From IMG/VR virus record IMGVR_UViG_3300005528_000049: a DNA stretch of 26,453 nucleotides. One strand, given 5' to 3'. The DNA is from a virus. Its lineage: Duplodnaviria > Heunggongvirae > Uroviricota > Caudoviricetes. The notes beneath the pieces were generated by a model, which was not told the DNA's origin, ran no database searches, and was given only the letters and a program-made list of their open reading frames with translations. The translations under genes and the position numbers were made by a program. Positions 15,343 through 25,299 of this stretch are shown here, piece after piece; the first letter of the stretch is position 1; every line of letters starts with the position of its first letter.

Positions 15343-18300
15343 ATGATACCAGTTGTACAAGAAGAGTTTAAGTCTAATTTAAAACAGAGTTTCTTTTCTA
15401 TAGATGAAAGTCAAACTGCTTTAATATTAGGCATTCTAAGAAATAATATTTATACTAATCCATTATTGGCGGCTTTTAAAGAAACGTTCTCTAAAAATAT
15501 TATTATATTTAAGTAAATAAATAATATAAGACAGTTGGAGCTTTAAGAAGTAATTCTTATTGAAAAATCCTGTGAATTGCTGGAAACCCCTTACAAGTAT
15601 TCATAAATACTTAAGTCGAGGCAATCAGCAGCAAAGCTTATACAGAAATGTATTTGAATGTTCAGAGACTATCTCTTAGATTAAATAATCTATTATGTTA
15701 TAAAAACATAACGAGCCTAAGTATTTTTTATAATATATGGTGATAAGGAGACAAGAGCGCAGGACATCCTAACTAATTAGGATGATGATATAGTCCGAAC
15801 TTTATAGAAATATAAAGAAATAAAGGATAAAGAGCCTTTATGATAACAAATTGAACGCATTAGATGAACATATAAAGCATGATATTAAAAAACCTATAGA
15901 TATATTTCTACCTAATCATTTTGATAATCATCTTGTTATTAGAGATTATGCTAAAGGTCTAAGTAGGGACTTTATGACTAATTATTATACTAAGGTTGGT
16001 TACTCAACAAAGTCTAATAGTAATGATCTATTAGGTGGATAAACATATATAGTTGATGTTTAACTATGTATTTTTTGATATAATTAGATAATAAATTTAT
16101 TATCTAATAATGAAATATACTGATGAGTTTAAAAGTATTGATACTCCAAATAAAGCTTATTTACTAGGTCTTATATATAGTGATGGAACTATTATAAATA
16201 ATATAGGACAACAATATGCTTGCAGAATAAAGATTAATGATGTTGAATTATTATATAAAATAATAGATGTTTTCCCTTTCTTTTGTGTCCCTAAAAAGTC
16301 TAAAGATGAAAAGAGTTGGTATATCTATTGTTATAGTAAACAATATGTTATTGATTTAATGAGTCATGGTTTAGTGCCAAGCAAAAGTATAAAAAATATA
16401 CATCTTTTAGGTAATCCTGGTATTTTACTATATCCAGGAGATTTCTTAAGAGGTGTTTTTGACGGAGATGGCAATGTTTATGTAGATTCTAATAATAATA
16501 AAAAAATTACAATTTATGGAAACTGCGCTTCTTTCTTTAAATACTTAATTGGAATATATGATGAATATGATATTAGATACAGTTTGGTTTCAAGAAGAAA
16601 TCAATATGAACTAAAAGTAGGTCGTCAAGCTAGTATGATAAATATAGTTAATCTAATGACAAATAATGATGCTTTATATATGCAAAGAAAGTGGGATGTA
16701 ATAAATAATCTTACTTGGAAATCAGCACATACTAAAAATAATCAGTATAACAAAAAACCATGTCCACTTTAAACTGGATGAATTGCTGGAAACCCCACTA
16801 ATTAAGATTAAGGGCAATCAGCAGCCAAGCTCTGTAGGAAAGAGAAGGTTCAGAGACTATCTATATTATTTTATATCCACACCAAGAGTGTGAAAAGATA
16901 TGTTAAAAACAAAAGAAAACATTTCAATATTGATGGGAATTATTTTTGGAGATGGTTGTGTTGCAAAACCTAGTCATGCTTCATTATCTGGTAGATTAAG
17001 TATTACTCACTGTCTAAAACAAAAAGAATATTTAGAGTGGAAAGCTAATTTAATTAGAAATATCTTTCAATCTAATATAAATGTTAGACAAATAGTTAAT
17101 AATGGATATCCTGCCGTTGTCTTAGAAAAAGGACATAAATATTTTAGAGTTTTACATAGATATTTATATAAAAATAAAGTAAAAACTATACCTCTTAAAG
17201 CTTTAAATAGACTAACTCCTATAGGATTAGCTATTTGGTGGATGGATGATGGTTCTTTATATCCTAAAAAAAGAAATGGCAAGATACATGCTTGGGAATT
17301 AATTCTTAGTACTTATTTATCAAAAGAAGAAAATGAAACAATAGTTAAATATTTTCAAGATAAATGGGATATTACTTGGAAGATAACAAAGCATAAAAAT
17401 CTATACAGACTAAGAATGTCTACTAAAGAAGGTAGAAGATTCTTAGAAATAGTAAGACCTTATGTTAATCAAATTGAATGTATGAAGTATAAAGCAATAA
17501 ATATATAGTAAAGCGTCCAGCATTAACTATTTTTATAGTTAATGATGATATAGTCCATGCTTGTAGTAATACAAGATAAACATGTTGGTCTAGGTAGAAT
17601 GTCTCCTTTAGCATATACTGATATGTATGTGGTAATTAGTATTACAGAAGAAGAAGAAGGCAGAGTTAGATGTGAATATGTAATATCTAAAGACAATAAT
17701 AAGGTCTTTTGTTCATTGCTATCTAAAGAGAAAACAACTCAAGATACAGGGGTAGAGATATCTTTTGAGATTAAAGAGAATGATGTTATTAATATTTGTA
17801 GATATGTAACTAATAATACTAGATATTTATATAATGTTTTAGTTGCAGTTGATAAGGAATTAGTTGTCCCAGAACAAGTTATTAAAGAAGGAAGACATTT
17901 TAAAATTGTTAGAAGTGATACTTATCCTAATAATTTATTTGGCTTGATTGGCGGCTTACCTAATAAAATAGAGCTATCTAATTATAAAGAAGTTTTAAAT
18001 TCACAAGACCTAGATTACTTGTCAAAAGTCAATACAAATAAAAAGTTTATATTTGATATTGAAATTGGTAGAGTTGATCAATCAGCAGATAAAGATATAC
18101 AATTAAGTCAGAAGACTAAAGTATATATTGCTGAGTGTTTGTCTAATATTGTTGCAGAATATAAAGAATATGTAAAAGAACAAATGGAAATGTTTGAACA
18201 TTGGGATGATGTTCAATCTTTCTTATCAAGTAGTAATTTACTCTTTGGGCCAATTAAGTGGAAGGATAATCCTATATCTTATAATAGCTGGCTAAAAGAA

Positions 18301-19191
18301 GTTATATGTTTTAATAAGACAAAGAAGGGGAAGGGGAATATAATTCAATGTAAGAATAAGTATCATTACTTTAATAAGACTTATACTTATTATTATAATG
18401 ATGTATCTTATGCTTTAACTGTCAAAGCTTTAAGTAAATACATTCCTGCAGAAGAACTAGAAAACACCTGTTTAGTTAATAATATTGACAATAAAATATT
18501 TAATCTTAGACTGCTTTCTAGTGTTATTCCTAAGGTAGATCTTGAGGTTAAAAAGACAACTAATACTACTAAAAGAGTATCTATTAATGCTAAATGCAAT
18601 AGATTGTCAGCATATCCAGGAGTATTAGGTAGAGAGTTAAATATTGATACTAATAAAAGTTACTATTATATTTCTAAACAAGTATATAACTTAAGCAGTT
18701 TTTACATATTTAAACATGAGCTTATTGACTATTGTAATGAAGAAGATATATATGTTGTTAATGATCCCTCTTTAGTAAAGCATTGTTGGAAAGATTTAAT
18801 TGAAGAGATACAGCAAAAACTAGCTGATAAGATTGACACAAATTATTTTATATATTATTCAAGAATATACGGTGGATCAACACTACTTCATTTAGAAAAT
18901 AAAGACTTATTTATTAGAGAAAATCCAGATAGTATTATAACCTCTTTATTTTTAGAGTCTAATAAGTATACTCCTTATTTGCATAAACACTACTTACTTA
19001 AAAATCTATATCAGGCAGGTTTAATAAAAATAAAGAAGGCTGAAATAGATTTATTAGATTTAGTGGCAAAGATTAAACAAACATATCCTTTAATAGAACA
19101 AAGTATTAAAAACAATAGTTCTCAAAATATATTAATGAGTAATTATATTAAGCAAACAGATTATTACAACAAAAATCAAACTAATGTCTAA
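15343..19191 (+). CDS. rIIA: rIIA-like protein with an N-terminal GHKL/Hsp90-type ATPase fold; exons 15343-15492, 15854-16040 and 17585-19191; 647 aa spliced
   Basis: Splicing restores IYTNP...KETFS|NALDEH and STK..SN..LGG-F(T|TT)-GLGRMSPLAYTD; IRDYAKGL motif; lies directly upstream of an rIIB-like gene. Confidence 0.85.
15493..15853 (+). ncRNA. Group I intron 1 of rIIA, 361 nt, no ORF
   Basis: gaattgctggaaac, ggcaatcagcagc, gttcagagactat, gatgatatagtcc; IGS ggag pairs with exon ctct; ends ataacaaattG. Confidence 0.92.
16110..16772 (+). CDS. LAGLIDADG homing endonuclease in the P1 loop
   Basis: AYLLGLIYSDG and FLRGVFDGDG motifs. Confidence 0.9.
   Translation: MKYTDEFKSIDTPNKAYLLGLIYSDGTIINNIGQQYACRIKINDVELLYKIIDVFPFFCVPKKSKDEKSWYIYCYSKQYVIDLMSHGLVPSKSIKNIHLLGNPGILLYPGDFLRGVFDGDGNVYVDSNNNKKITIYGNCASFFKYLIGIYDEYDIRYSLVSRRNQYELKVGRQASMINIVNLMTNNDALYMQRKWDVINNLTWKSAHTKNNQYNKKPCPL
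16900..17508 (+). CDS. LAGLIDADG homing endonuclease of a second subfamily, between the P7 5' strand and the P3 3' strand
   Basis: ILMGIIFGDG and LAIWWMDDG motifs; QKEYLEWK. Confidence 0.9.
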   Translation: MLKTKENISILMGIIFGDGCVAKPSHASLSGRLSITHCLKQKEYLEWKANLIRNIFQSNINVRQIVNNGYPAVVLEKGHKYFRVLHRYLYKNKVKTIPLKALNRLTPIGLAIWWMDDGSLYPKKRNGKIHAWELILSTYLSKEENETIVKYFQDKWDITWKITKHKNLYRLRMSTKEGRRFLEIVRPYVNQIECMKYKAINI

Positions 19192-21166
19192 CATCGTTAA
19201 CTACCTTATTTTTCCTACTACATTGTCTGTAATTGTAAAAGGAAAAACTTACACAATTAATAGAGAAGATGCTAAGTATGCACAAGTATTAGAATTAGCA
19301 TTAAATAATGAAGAAGAAGAATTATATAAACTTTTAAATGTTACTAGTGTTATTGCAGAAAATTTAGGCATTGAGATTACTAATGGATTAGTTACTTATA
19401 ATGGAGAGAATCTTCCAAAAGCTCTTAATAGAATGATTATTACTATGTATGAGCAAAGACTAACTAATATTCAACCTCTAATTAACTTTTGGAATAAGTT
19501 AAAGCTTAATCCTTCTTATAGACCTTTAAACTTCCTTTCAGAGTTTATAGAAGCTAATAATGTAGTTATTAATGAAAATGGTAACTTAATTCTATATAAG
19601 ATTGTTGGTAGAACTAAAGAGAAAGATGTATTTCTTGATTTGTACACTCATACATTTAAACATGAGTTTGGTGTTCCAGTATCAATGCCTAGAAACAAGG
19701 TAGATGATAATATTGATAATACTTGCAGTGAAGGGCTAAACATGATGGCCTCCTATTAAGTAATTAATAGGTAATAAATCCCGCAATATCAGTGAAAATC
19801 TTTTGCTCATTAAAGTAATATTTATATTACATATAATATACCCATTAATACATGGATACTTATATGCTTAAATATAATCAAGAAACTTTAAATGAAATAA
19901 TTAAATTAAATTTAGAAGGTTTTTCTTTAAACGAAATAGCAAATCATTATGAGACTTGTTATCAAAATATTCAGTCTTTATTAAAGAAATTTAATGAGAA
20001 ATTGCCTATTAGTTGGCCTAAGAATAAAGAAGTTGCTCATGACTTTTTTGATAACATTGATAATGAAATAAAAGCTTATTTATTTGGATTCTTTTTAGCA
20101 GATGGATGTGTATATGATAAAAATAGAATTGGTATTTGTTTATCAAACATTGATGAATATATTATTGATTTATATAGAGATTATATATATCCTAAAGGTT
20201 TAAAAAAGATACTTAATAATACAAAAGGCGCTTTAAATAGAAAACCTCAAATAATATTTAGAATTAATTCCTTTAGAATTGTAAATGCTTTAGCAAAATA
20301 TGGAGTTGGTCCTAGAAAAACATATGCAGATATTGAAATTCCAAAAATAGATAATGATTTGATTCATCATGTTATTAGAGGTTATTTTGATGGAGATGGC
20401 TGTATTTCTTTTAGAAAAGCAACAGGACTTGCTAATATTATAATTGTTAATGGGTCAGATTCTATACTAAAAAGCATTGCTGAATGTTTACCAAAAACAA
20501 TAAAATCAACAATGTTATATAGAAAGACTTGTGCTACTTTAAATATAAGAACTCAAAGTCATATTATTGAATTTGGTAATTATATTTATAAAGACGCTAA
20601 CTTTTATTTACAAAGAAAGAAGGATAAATTTAATTTAATTAGGACAACACTGAGATAATTATATAGAATAAAAGCTATATAACATCGCAACGCATAGGTA
20701 TGGTGAACCCTGTAAAGGAATATAATCCAGAGTTTAAAAAACTTATTAGTAATATTACTAATCCCAAGAGTGCGGGATATCCTTAATTATTAAGGATAAA
20801 GATATATGCTGAACTATATCAAAGCAATAAGATATAGAACTAGAGGATAAAAAACCTTTAGGATAACAAAATTGACATGTTTGTTGTTGGGGCTATATAC
20901 CTCATTATGGTAATGCTGTTTCTGAAAGAGATGCAATTATTCTAGTTGAAGTTGATCCACAAGACATTGTGGCTATTCCTAGAGATTATAATAATAGTAA
21001 GCTAAGAGTCTGTAAGTATATACCTATTTCAGAGTATAAGTTTGCTGAGGGAGAATTAAAGGATGTTTTATTTAAAATCTCTGAAGAAAATCAAAATGTA
21101 AGATCTAGTTCTAATACATATGATGATCAGAATGATTGGGACTGGGAAGAGGATGAAGAAGATTAA
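19184..21166 (+). CDS. rIIB: rIIB-like protein, exons 19184-19737 and 20875-21166, 281 aa spliced
   Basis: FW.KL..NPS, VSMPRN.VDDN...TCSEGL|HVC..GYI.HYG and VEVDP.DIVAIP.DYN..KLRVCKY motifs. Confidence 0.88.
19738..20874 (+). mobile_element. Group I intron in rIIB, 1137 nt, with a LAGLIDADG ORF and variant P7
   Basis: P1 gggct/ggcct; P3 atcccgca/tgcgggat; P7 gcata/tatgc; ends ataacaaaattG. Confidence 0.88.
19852..20658 (+). CDS. LAGLIDADG homing endonuclease with an N-terminal HTH-like segment
   Basis: AYLFGFFLADG and VIRGYFDGDG motifs; N-terminal G.SL.EIA..Y. Confidence 0.9.
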   Translation: MDTYMLKYNQETLNEIIKLNLEGFSLNEIANHYETCYQNIQSLLKKFNEKLPISWPKNKEVAHDFFDNIDNEIKAYLFGFFLADGCVYDKNRIGICLSNIDEYIIDLYRDYIYPKGLKKILNNTKGALNRKPQIIFRINSFRIVNALAKYGVGPRKTYADIEIPKIDNDLIHHVIRGYFDGDGCISFRKATGLANIIIVNGSDSILKSIAECLPKTIKSTMLYRKTCATLNIRTQSHIIEFGNYIYKDANFYLQRKKDKFNLIRTTLR

Positions 21167-21180
21167 ATTTATATAAACAA

Positions 21181-21765
21181 ATGAAAATAAACTTGGTTGT
21201 TGGCCTGGGTAATCCAGGCCAACAATATATTAATAATAGACATAATGTTGGCTATAAAGTAATTGATCAACTAATGTCTAGCTATGGTGTTTGGCATTCT
21301 ATAGATTTCTTTGATAAGCGCTTTGAAGGTATTATTAGAGTTGGTTATACTAAACTAGTTATATTAACTAAACCTACTACTATGATGAATAATAGTGGGT
21401 TATGTGTCTCAGCTATCTGTAAAGAATTAAAGATTAATCCGTCTAATATACTTGTTATATATGATGATATAACACTTCCTTTAGGTACTATTAGATTTAG
21501 AGAGAAGGGACGTTCAGGCGGTCATAATGGTATTAAAAGTATCATTGAAGAGCTAGGAACTGAAAGCTTTAATAGGTTGAAGATTGGCATTGGAAAGCCT
21601 CTTAATGACACATCTATATTAGATTATGTATTAGGAGATTTTACAGAATCTGAAGATATAGAAACCGTTATAAAAAATGCAGAGTTTATTACTTCTAATA
21701 TATTAGATGAAGTTATAACTCAGGGTGATACTTTTACTTGTAATACAAATGTTCACCTTCCTTAA
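21181..21765 (+). CDS. pth: Peptidyl-tRNA hydrolase
   Basis: VGLGNPG..Y...RHNVG, KP.T.MN.SG, VIYDD, GGHNGIKSI. Confidence 0.95.
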   Translation: MKINLVVGLGNPGQQYINNRHNVGYKVIDQLMSSYGVWHSIDFFDKRFEGIIRVGYTKLVILTKPTTMMNNSGLCVSAICKELKINPSNILVIYDDITLPLGTIRFREKGRSGGHNGIKSIIEELGTESFNRLKIGIGKPLNDTSILDYVLGDFTESEDIETVIKNAEFITSNILDEVITQGDTFTCNTNVHLP

Positions 21766-21805
21766 AAATAGATTTGATTTAAATTAGAAAATAAATAGGA
21801 GTTTT

Positions 21806-22273
21806 ATGATGTTTAATAAAAGAAAGTTGATGAGAAATCTTGCAAGTATTATGGACTTTCTAACATATAATAGATATGTTAAAGTTGTATATCTATTGTG
21901 GCTGGTTCAAACAGTTTCTTTGTTTATTATGTATCTAGTTACAAGAAATCCAGTAACATATAGCATAGTAAGCTTAATTTGGTTTTTTATTGTACTTTAT
22001 ATTATTGTTACAGATGGCTGGACATCCTACAAGGATTCCAAATACATTAAAGAGCTAGAAGATAAACTTTATGCCTTAAATGATCCAGAGCTAAAGATTG
22101 ATTTGGCCGCAGTATGTCACAACATTTGGTCTGAAGATATTGGAGAAAGTTCTAATAATCCTGTAGAAAATAGCAGAGCTAGTGTATGTTATGACTCTTT
22201 AACACCAGAAGAAAAAGAGGTCAATCTAAAGAAGGCTTCATTGATTTTAGATACTGTTAAAAACTATGTCTAA
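21806..22273 (+). CDS. Membrane protein with two TM segments and an RyR-repeat-like C-terminus
   Basis: Hydrophobic stretches at about residues 25-70; CHNIW...YDSLTPEEKE at the C-terminus. Confidence 0.6.
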   Translation: MMFNKRKLMRNLASIMDFLTYNRYVKVVYLLWLVQTVSLFIMYLVTRNPVTYSIVSLIWFFIVLYIIVTDGWTSYKDSKYIKELEDKLYALNDPELKIDLAAVCHNIWSEDIGESSNNPVENSRASVCYDSLTPEEKEVNLKKASLILDTVKNYV

Positions 22274-23033
22274 TTGTCCTATAATGAAGCGTCTTAAAGA
22301 GAATTATGAGGAAAGACAAACTCAATACTTATTAAGAAGAATACCTGTTATTGGCAGGCTTGATGGAATTACCTTTAGTTCTTATACTGCTGAGTTAAAG
22401 GATAAGTTCAGTCCTGAATTTATGGAAGTAATGGATGAAACTGGCATTTTCTTAGCTAAGTTAATGCAGGGTTGTCAACTGATATACATTCAATCTGATG
22501 AGATAAGTGTCTTTCTTCATGATTATAAAAACCTTCAATCACAAGCTTGGAGAAATTATAACCTTAATAAAATGCTCAGCGAAAGTGCAAGTGAAGCTGG
22601 TGGTAGATTTTGCTTAAGTAGTTGGAAGATTTGGGGTGATAAAACACCTAAAATTGAAAACCAAAAGTTTGCAAAGTTTGACTCCAGATTTAATAACTAT
22701 CCAGAAGCTGAGGTTAATAATTACTTTGTTGCAAGACAAAGAGACTGTATTAAAAACAGCATCCAAGCTTTAGGACAAACTCTATATAGTCATAATGAAC
22801 TAGATAGAAAGAATATGTCTCAAGTGCAAGATATGTGCTTTGAGAAAGGCTATAACTGGAATAATTTACCTGTTAGTTATAAAAGAGGTAGATGTATTAT
22901 CAAAGAAACTTACATTCATTGTTATGTTGGAGATAAACCAGTTTATAGATCTAGGTGGGTTGTTGATAATAACATTCCTGAGTTTAGTAAAGATAAAAAC
23001 TATGTTGAGCAGTACTTAGCTGTCAATTATTAA
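22266..23033 (+). CDS. tRNA(His) guanylyltransferase Thg1-like protein (3'-5' polymerase)
   Basis: RLDG..F, YIQSDEIS, FDSR, RQRDCIKNSI and YKRG motifs. Confidence 0.92.
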   Translation: MSNCPIMKRLKENYEERQTQYLLRRIPVIGRLDGITFSSYTAELKDKFSPEFMEVMDETGIFLAKLMQGCQLIYIQSDEISVFLHDYKNLQSQAWRNYNLNKMLSESASEAGGRFCLSSWKIWGDKTPKIENQKFAKFDSRFNNYPEAEVNNYFVARQRDCIKNSIQALGQTLYSHNELDRKNMSQVQDMCFEKGYNWNNLPVSYKRGRCIIKETYIHCYVGDKPVYRSRWVVDNNIPEFSKDKNYVEQYLAVNY

Positions 23034-23035
23034 AT

Positions 23036-23341
23036 ATGTGGAAAGATATTAAAGAAGCTTCTGGCTGGATTGCAGTAGCACTTGTTATTACTTTTGTTGC
23101 AGTTCATTCAGTTTATAAGGATCTAACAAGTCCTTTAACATCAGCTCAATTACAAGAGATAAAGACTAAGGTGACTGCTTATAATCTAACATTTGTTAGT
23201 ACTTTAGATAAAGAATGGTTAGGCTGTGGTAGTGGACATACTTATAGAGTGCCAATTAAAGTTACAAATACAAGTGGCGCAGTGCTTATTATTAACTATT
23301 GTTCAGGCAGTCTATTTACTCCCAGTCAAATTAAGATCTAA
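23036..23341 (+). CDS. Hypothetical membrane-anchored protein
   Basis: N-terminal TM segment; two Cys. Confidence 0.7.
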   Translation: MWKDIKEASGWIAVALVITFVAVHSVYKDLTSPLTSAQLQEIKTKVTAYNLTFVSTLDKEWLGCGSGHTYRVPIKVTNTSGAVLIINYCSGSLFTPSQIKI

Positions 23342-23350
23342 TAATAAATA

Positions 23351-23626
23351 ATGAATGATAGTTTTATTAAGTATGTTACTTGTTGTAAACTGTGGTTAGA
23401 GTTTCATAAAGACTCTAACCTTGCAGGTTTACTTAGATATAAGTTAACTGATAAAGTTTATTATAAATTACTACAAGAGTTTAACTTAATTAGTATAAGA
23501 TTTAATACCTTAAGTAATAAAGAATTGTTAGATGATAATGACTTTGAAATAATTAATAATGAGGTTATTAAATATAATGACTTCTTTGATATTATGTCTA
23601 TTATTAAGTCTGTAATGGAAAATTGA
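23351..23626 (+). CDS. Hypothetical protein
   Basis: 91-aa ORF in the gene string. Confidence 0.65.
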   Translation: MNDSFIKYVTCCKLWLEFHKDSNLAGLLRYKLTDKVYYKLLQEFNLISIRFNTLSNKELLDDNDFEIINNEVIKYNDFFDIMSIIKSVMEN

Positions 23627-23695
23627 GCATGAATAAGCATAATCAATTAACTCTAAAAAATATGTATCCTTAATAGTAAAAGAGAATAGATTATT

Positions 23696-23896
23696 ATGAT
23701 TAAAAGACATCTTAAACGTCTTGTTAACTTTATTGATGGTCTTACTTTAAATCAAATACGCTTTGGCATGTGGTTTATTGTTGGATTAACAGCAATTTGT
23801 TTATCTCCATTTATGACAGCAAAGCTTGTATCTCTACTTTATTTTGTTTCTGGCTTGATAGTTCTTGTTTGGTCCTTTAGTTGGTTATATGAATAG
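23696..23896 (+). CDS. Small two-TM membrane protein
   Basis: Two hydrophobic segments after a basic N-terminus. Confidence 0.65.
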   Translation: MIKRHLKRLVNFIDGLTLNQIRFGMWFIVGLTAICLSPFMTAKLVSLLYFVSGLIVLVWSFSWLYE

Positions 23897-23902
23897 ATAT
23901 AT

Positions 23903-24097
23903 ATGAGAACAACAACAAAAACTTCTCAGATAATTGAAATTGAAGCTGACAGGCTAGAAATAATAAAAAACACGGATAGACATGATTCTTTAGAAGATTT
24001 TACATTATCTTTTGGTGAAGAAAATAATGTTGTTAATATTATACTCAATGAGAGCTTTTTTAAACTTCTTCAAGAAAAAATATCAAAGATTAAATAA
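23903..24097 (+). CDS. Hypothetical protein
   Basis: 64-aa ORF in the gene string. Confidence 0.6.
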   Translation: MRTTTKTSQIIEIEADRLEIIKNTDRHDSLEDFTLSFGEENNVVNIILNESFFKLLQEKISKIK

Positions 24098-24102
24098 GAA
24101 AT

Positions 24103-24474
24103 ATGTATGAACAACTTCTTGCTCACTTAGTTGGAGATTATGTTTTACAAAGTCATAATATGGCTATTAATAAAACTAAATCTAACTGGTGGGCTGTATA
24201 TCATGGAATTATGTATAGCCTTCCTTTTATATTTATAGCTAGTCCTAATGCTTTATTTGTAATTGCTTTTACACATGTTGTCATTGATAGATTAAGATTG
24301 GCCGTTTATGTTACTAAGGCTAAAAACTACTTATTTGGTGGTTTTAATCCACAATCATTAGAAGAAATTTATCCACAGGGTACTCCAGAATATATAAGCT
24401 TCTGGTTATTAATTCTTGCTGATCAAACTATGCATTTACTCATTAATTACTTTAGTATCTTATATCTAAAGTAA
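24103..24474 (+). CDS. DUF3307-like membrane protein
   Basis: LLAHLVGDYVLQ, H...Y, H..ID and DQT.H motifs. Confidence 0.85.
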   Translation: MYEQLLAHLVGDYVLQSHNMAINKTKSNWWAVYHGIMYSLPFIFIASPNALFVIAFTHVVIDRLRLAVYVTKAKNYLFGGFNPQSLEEIYPQGTPEYISFWLLILADQTMHLLINYFSILYLK

Positions 24475-24504
24475 TACAATTAATCAATTATAAAAATAAA
24501 AAAA

Positions 24505-25299
24505 ATGAAGTATTTAACTCTTTCTGCTTTGGGTGTTGCTGGTTTAGTTGTTATTGCTGCTGCAATTGGATCTGTTGCTACTGTACAACAAGGTACTGTG
24601 CATGTAAAATATATTTTTGGTGAGGTTCAGCCTCAAATTCTTGTTCCTGGTGTAAACTTTGTAGTGCCTTTTATTACCGCTACAAAGCCTGTAGATGTAT
24701 CTATTAAAGCTCTACCAGAAAGCTTTTCTGGTTTAAGTTCTGATGGTCAAAAAATCACAATTACAGCAACTTCTACTTATAATGTAAACCCTGCACATCT
24801 TGCAACTGCAGTAAAGAACAACCTTCTTATTACTGGTGATCTTGCTAAAGATGCTGCTTATATTGATGCAACAGCTCTTGAGCCTTATTTGCTAGCAGCC
24901 GTGAAACAAGTAATCTCAAAGTATTCAATGACTCATATTATTAATAATCAGGCTGCAGTTTCACAAGAAATTATTGAACTTATTAATGTTTCTCTTGCTA
25001 ATCAAGCTATTATTAATCTACAGAATTTGGCAATTACTGGTATTGTTTTAGATCCAGAAGTTCAGGCTTCAATTGAAGCTAAAGCTATTGCTACACAGGA
25101 ACAAGAAGCAGCAGTTATTAAAGCTGAGACTGCTAAGATCTTGGCTCAACAAAATAAGATCTTGTCTGATTCTTTAACTCCACAAATTCTAGAACAAAAA
25201 GCAATTGAGAAGTGGAATGGCAACACTTTTGTGTTTGGTAATAGAACATCTAATACTCCTATTATCCTTCAAGCTTCATCTCTACCAACAACTAAATAA
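24505..25299 (+). CDS. SPFH/Band-7/prohibitin family protein
   Basis: N-terminal TM, FG.V....L.PG..F..PF, SSDGQ, Ala-rich coiled coil and AIEKWNG. Confidence 0.9.
   Translation: MKYLTLSALGVAGLVVIAAAIGSVATVQQGTVHVKYIFGEVQPQILVPGVNFVVPFITATKPVDVSIKALPESFSGLSSDGQKITITATSTYNVNPAHLATAVKNNLLITGDLAKDAAYIDATALEPYLLAAVKQVISKYSMTHIINNQAAVSQEIIELINVSLANQAIINLQNLAITGIVLDPEVQASIEAKAIATQEQEAAVIKAETAKILAQQNKILSDSLTPQILEQKAIEKWNGNTFVFGNRTSNTPIILQASSLPTTK

Larger units (their letters stand above)
16041..17584 (+). mobile_element. Group I intron 2 of rIIA, 1544 nt, carrying two LAGLIDADG ORFs
   Basis: One core (16770-16870 plus 17509-17584). IGS gtccac (16762-16767) pairs with exon gtggat; P3 ctggatg/cgtccag; ends in G17584. 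Confidence 0.9.

Noticed and set aside
16038-17583. 9-bp direct repeat gataaacat at both ends of rIIA intron 2 as a transposon target-site duplication
   Set aside because: The element has a complete group I core and splice geometry, with no transposase or terminal inverted repeats. Excision by the repeat would not restore GGFGLG.
11051-21166. Track ORFs 11051-11917, 12950-13222, 15851-16042, 17557-19191, 19184-19759 and 20969-21166 as independent genes
   Set aside because: They are exons of intron-split genes; the predicted joins restore conserved motifs in frame.
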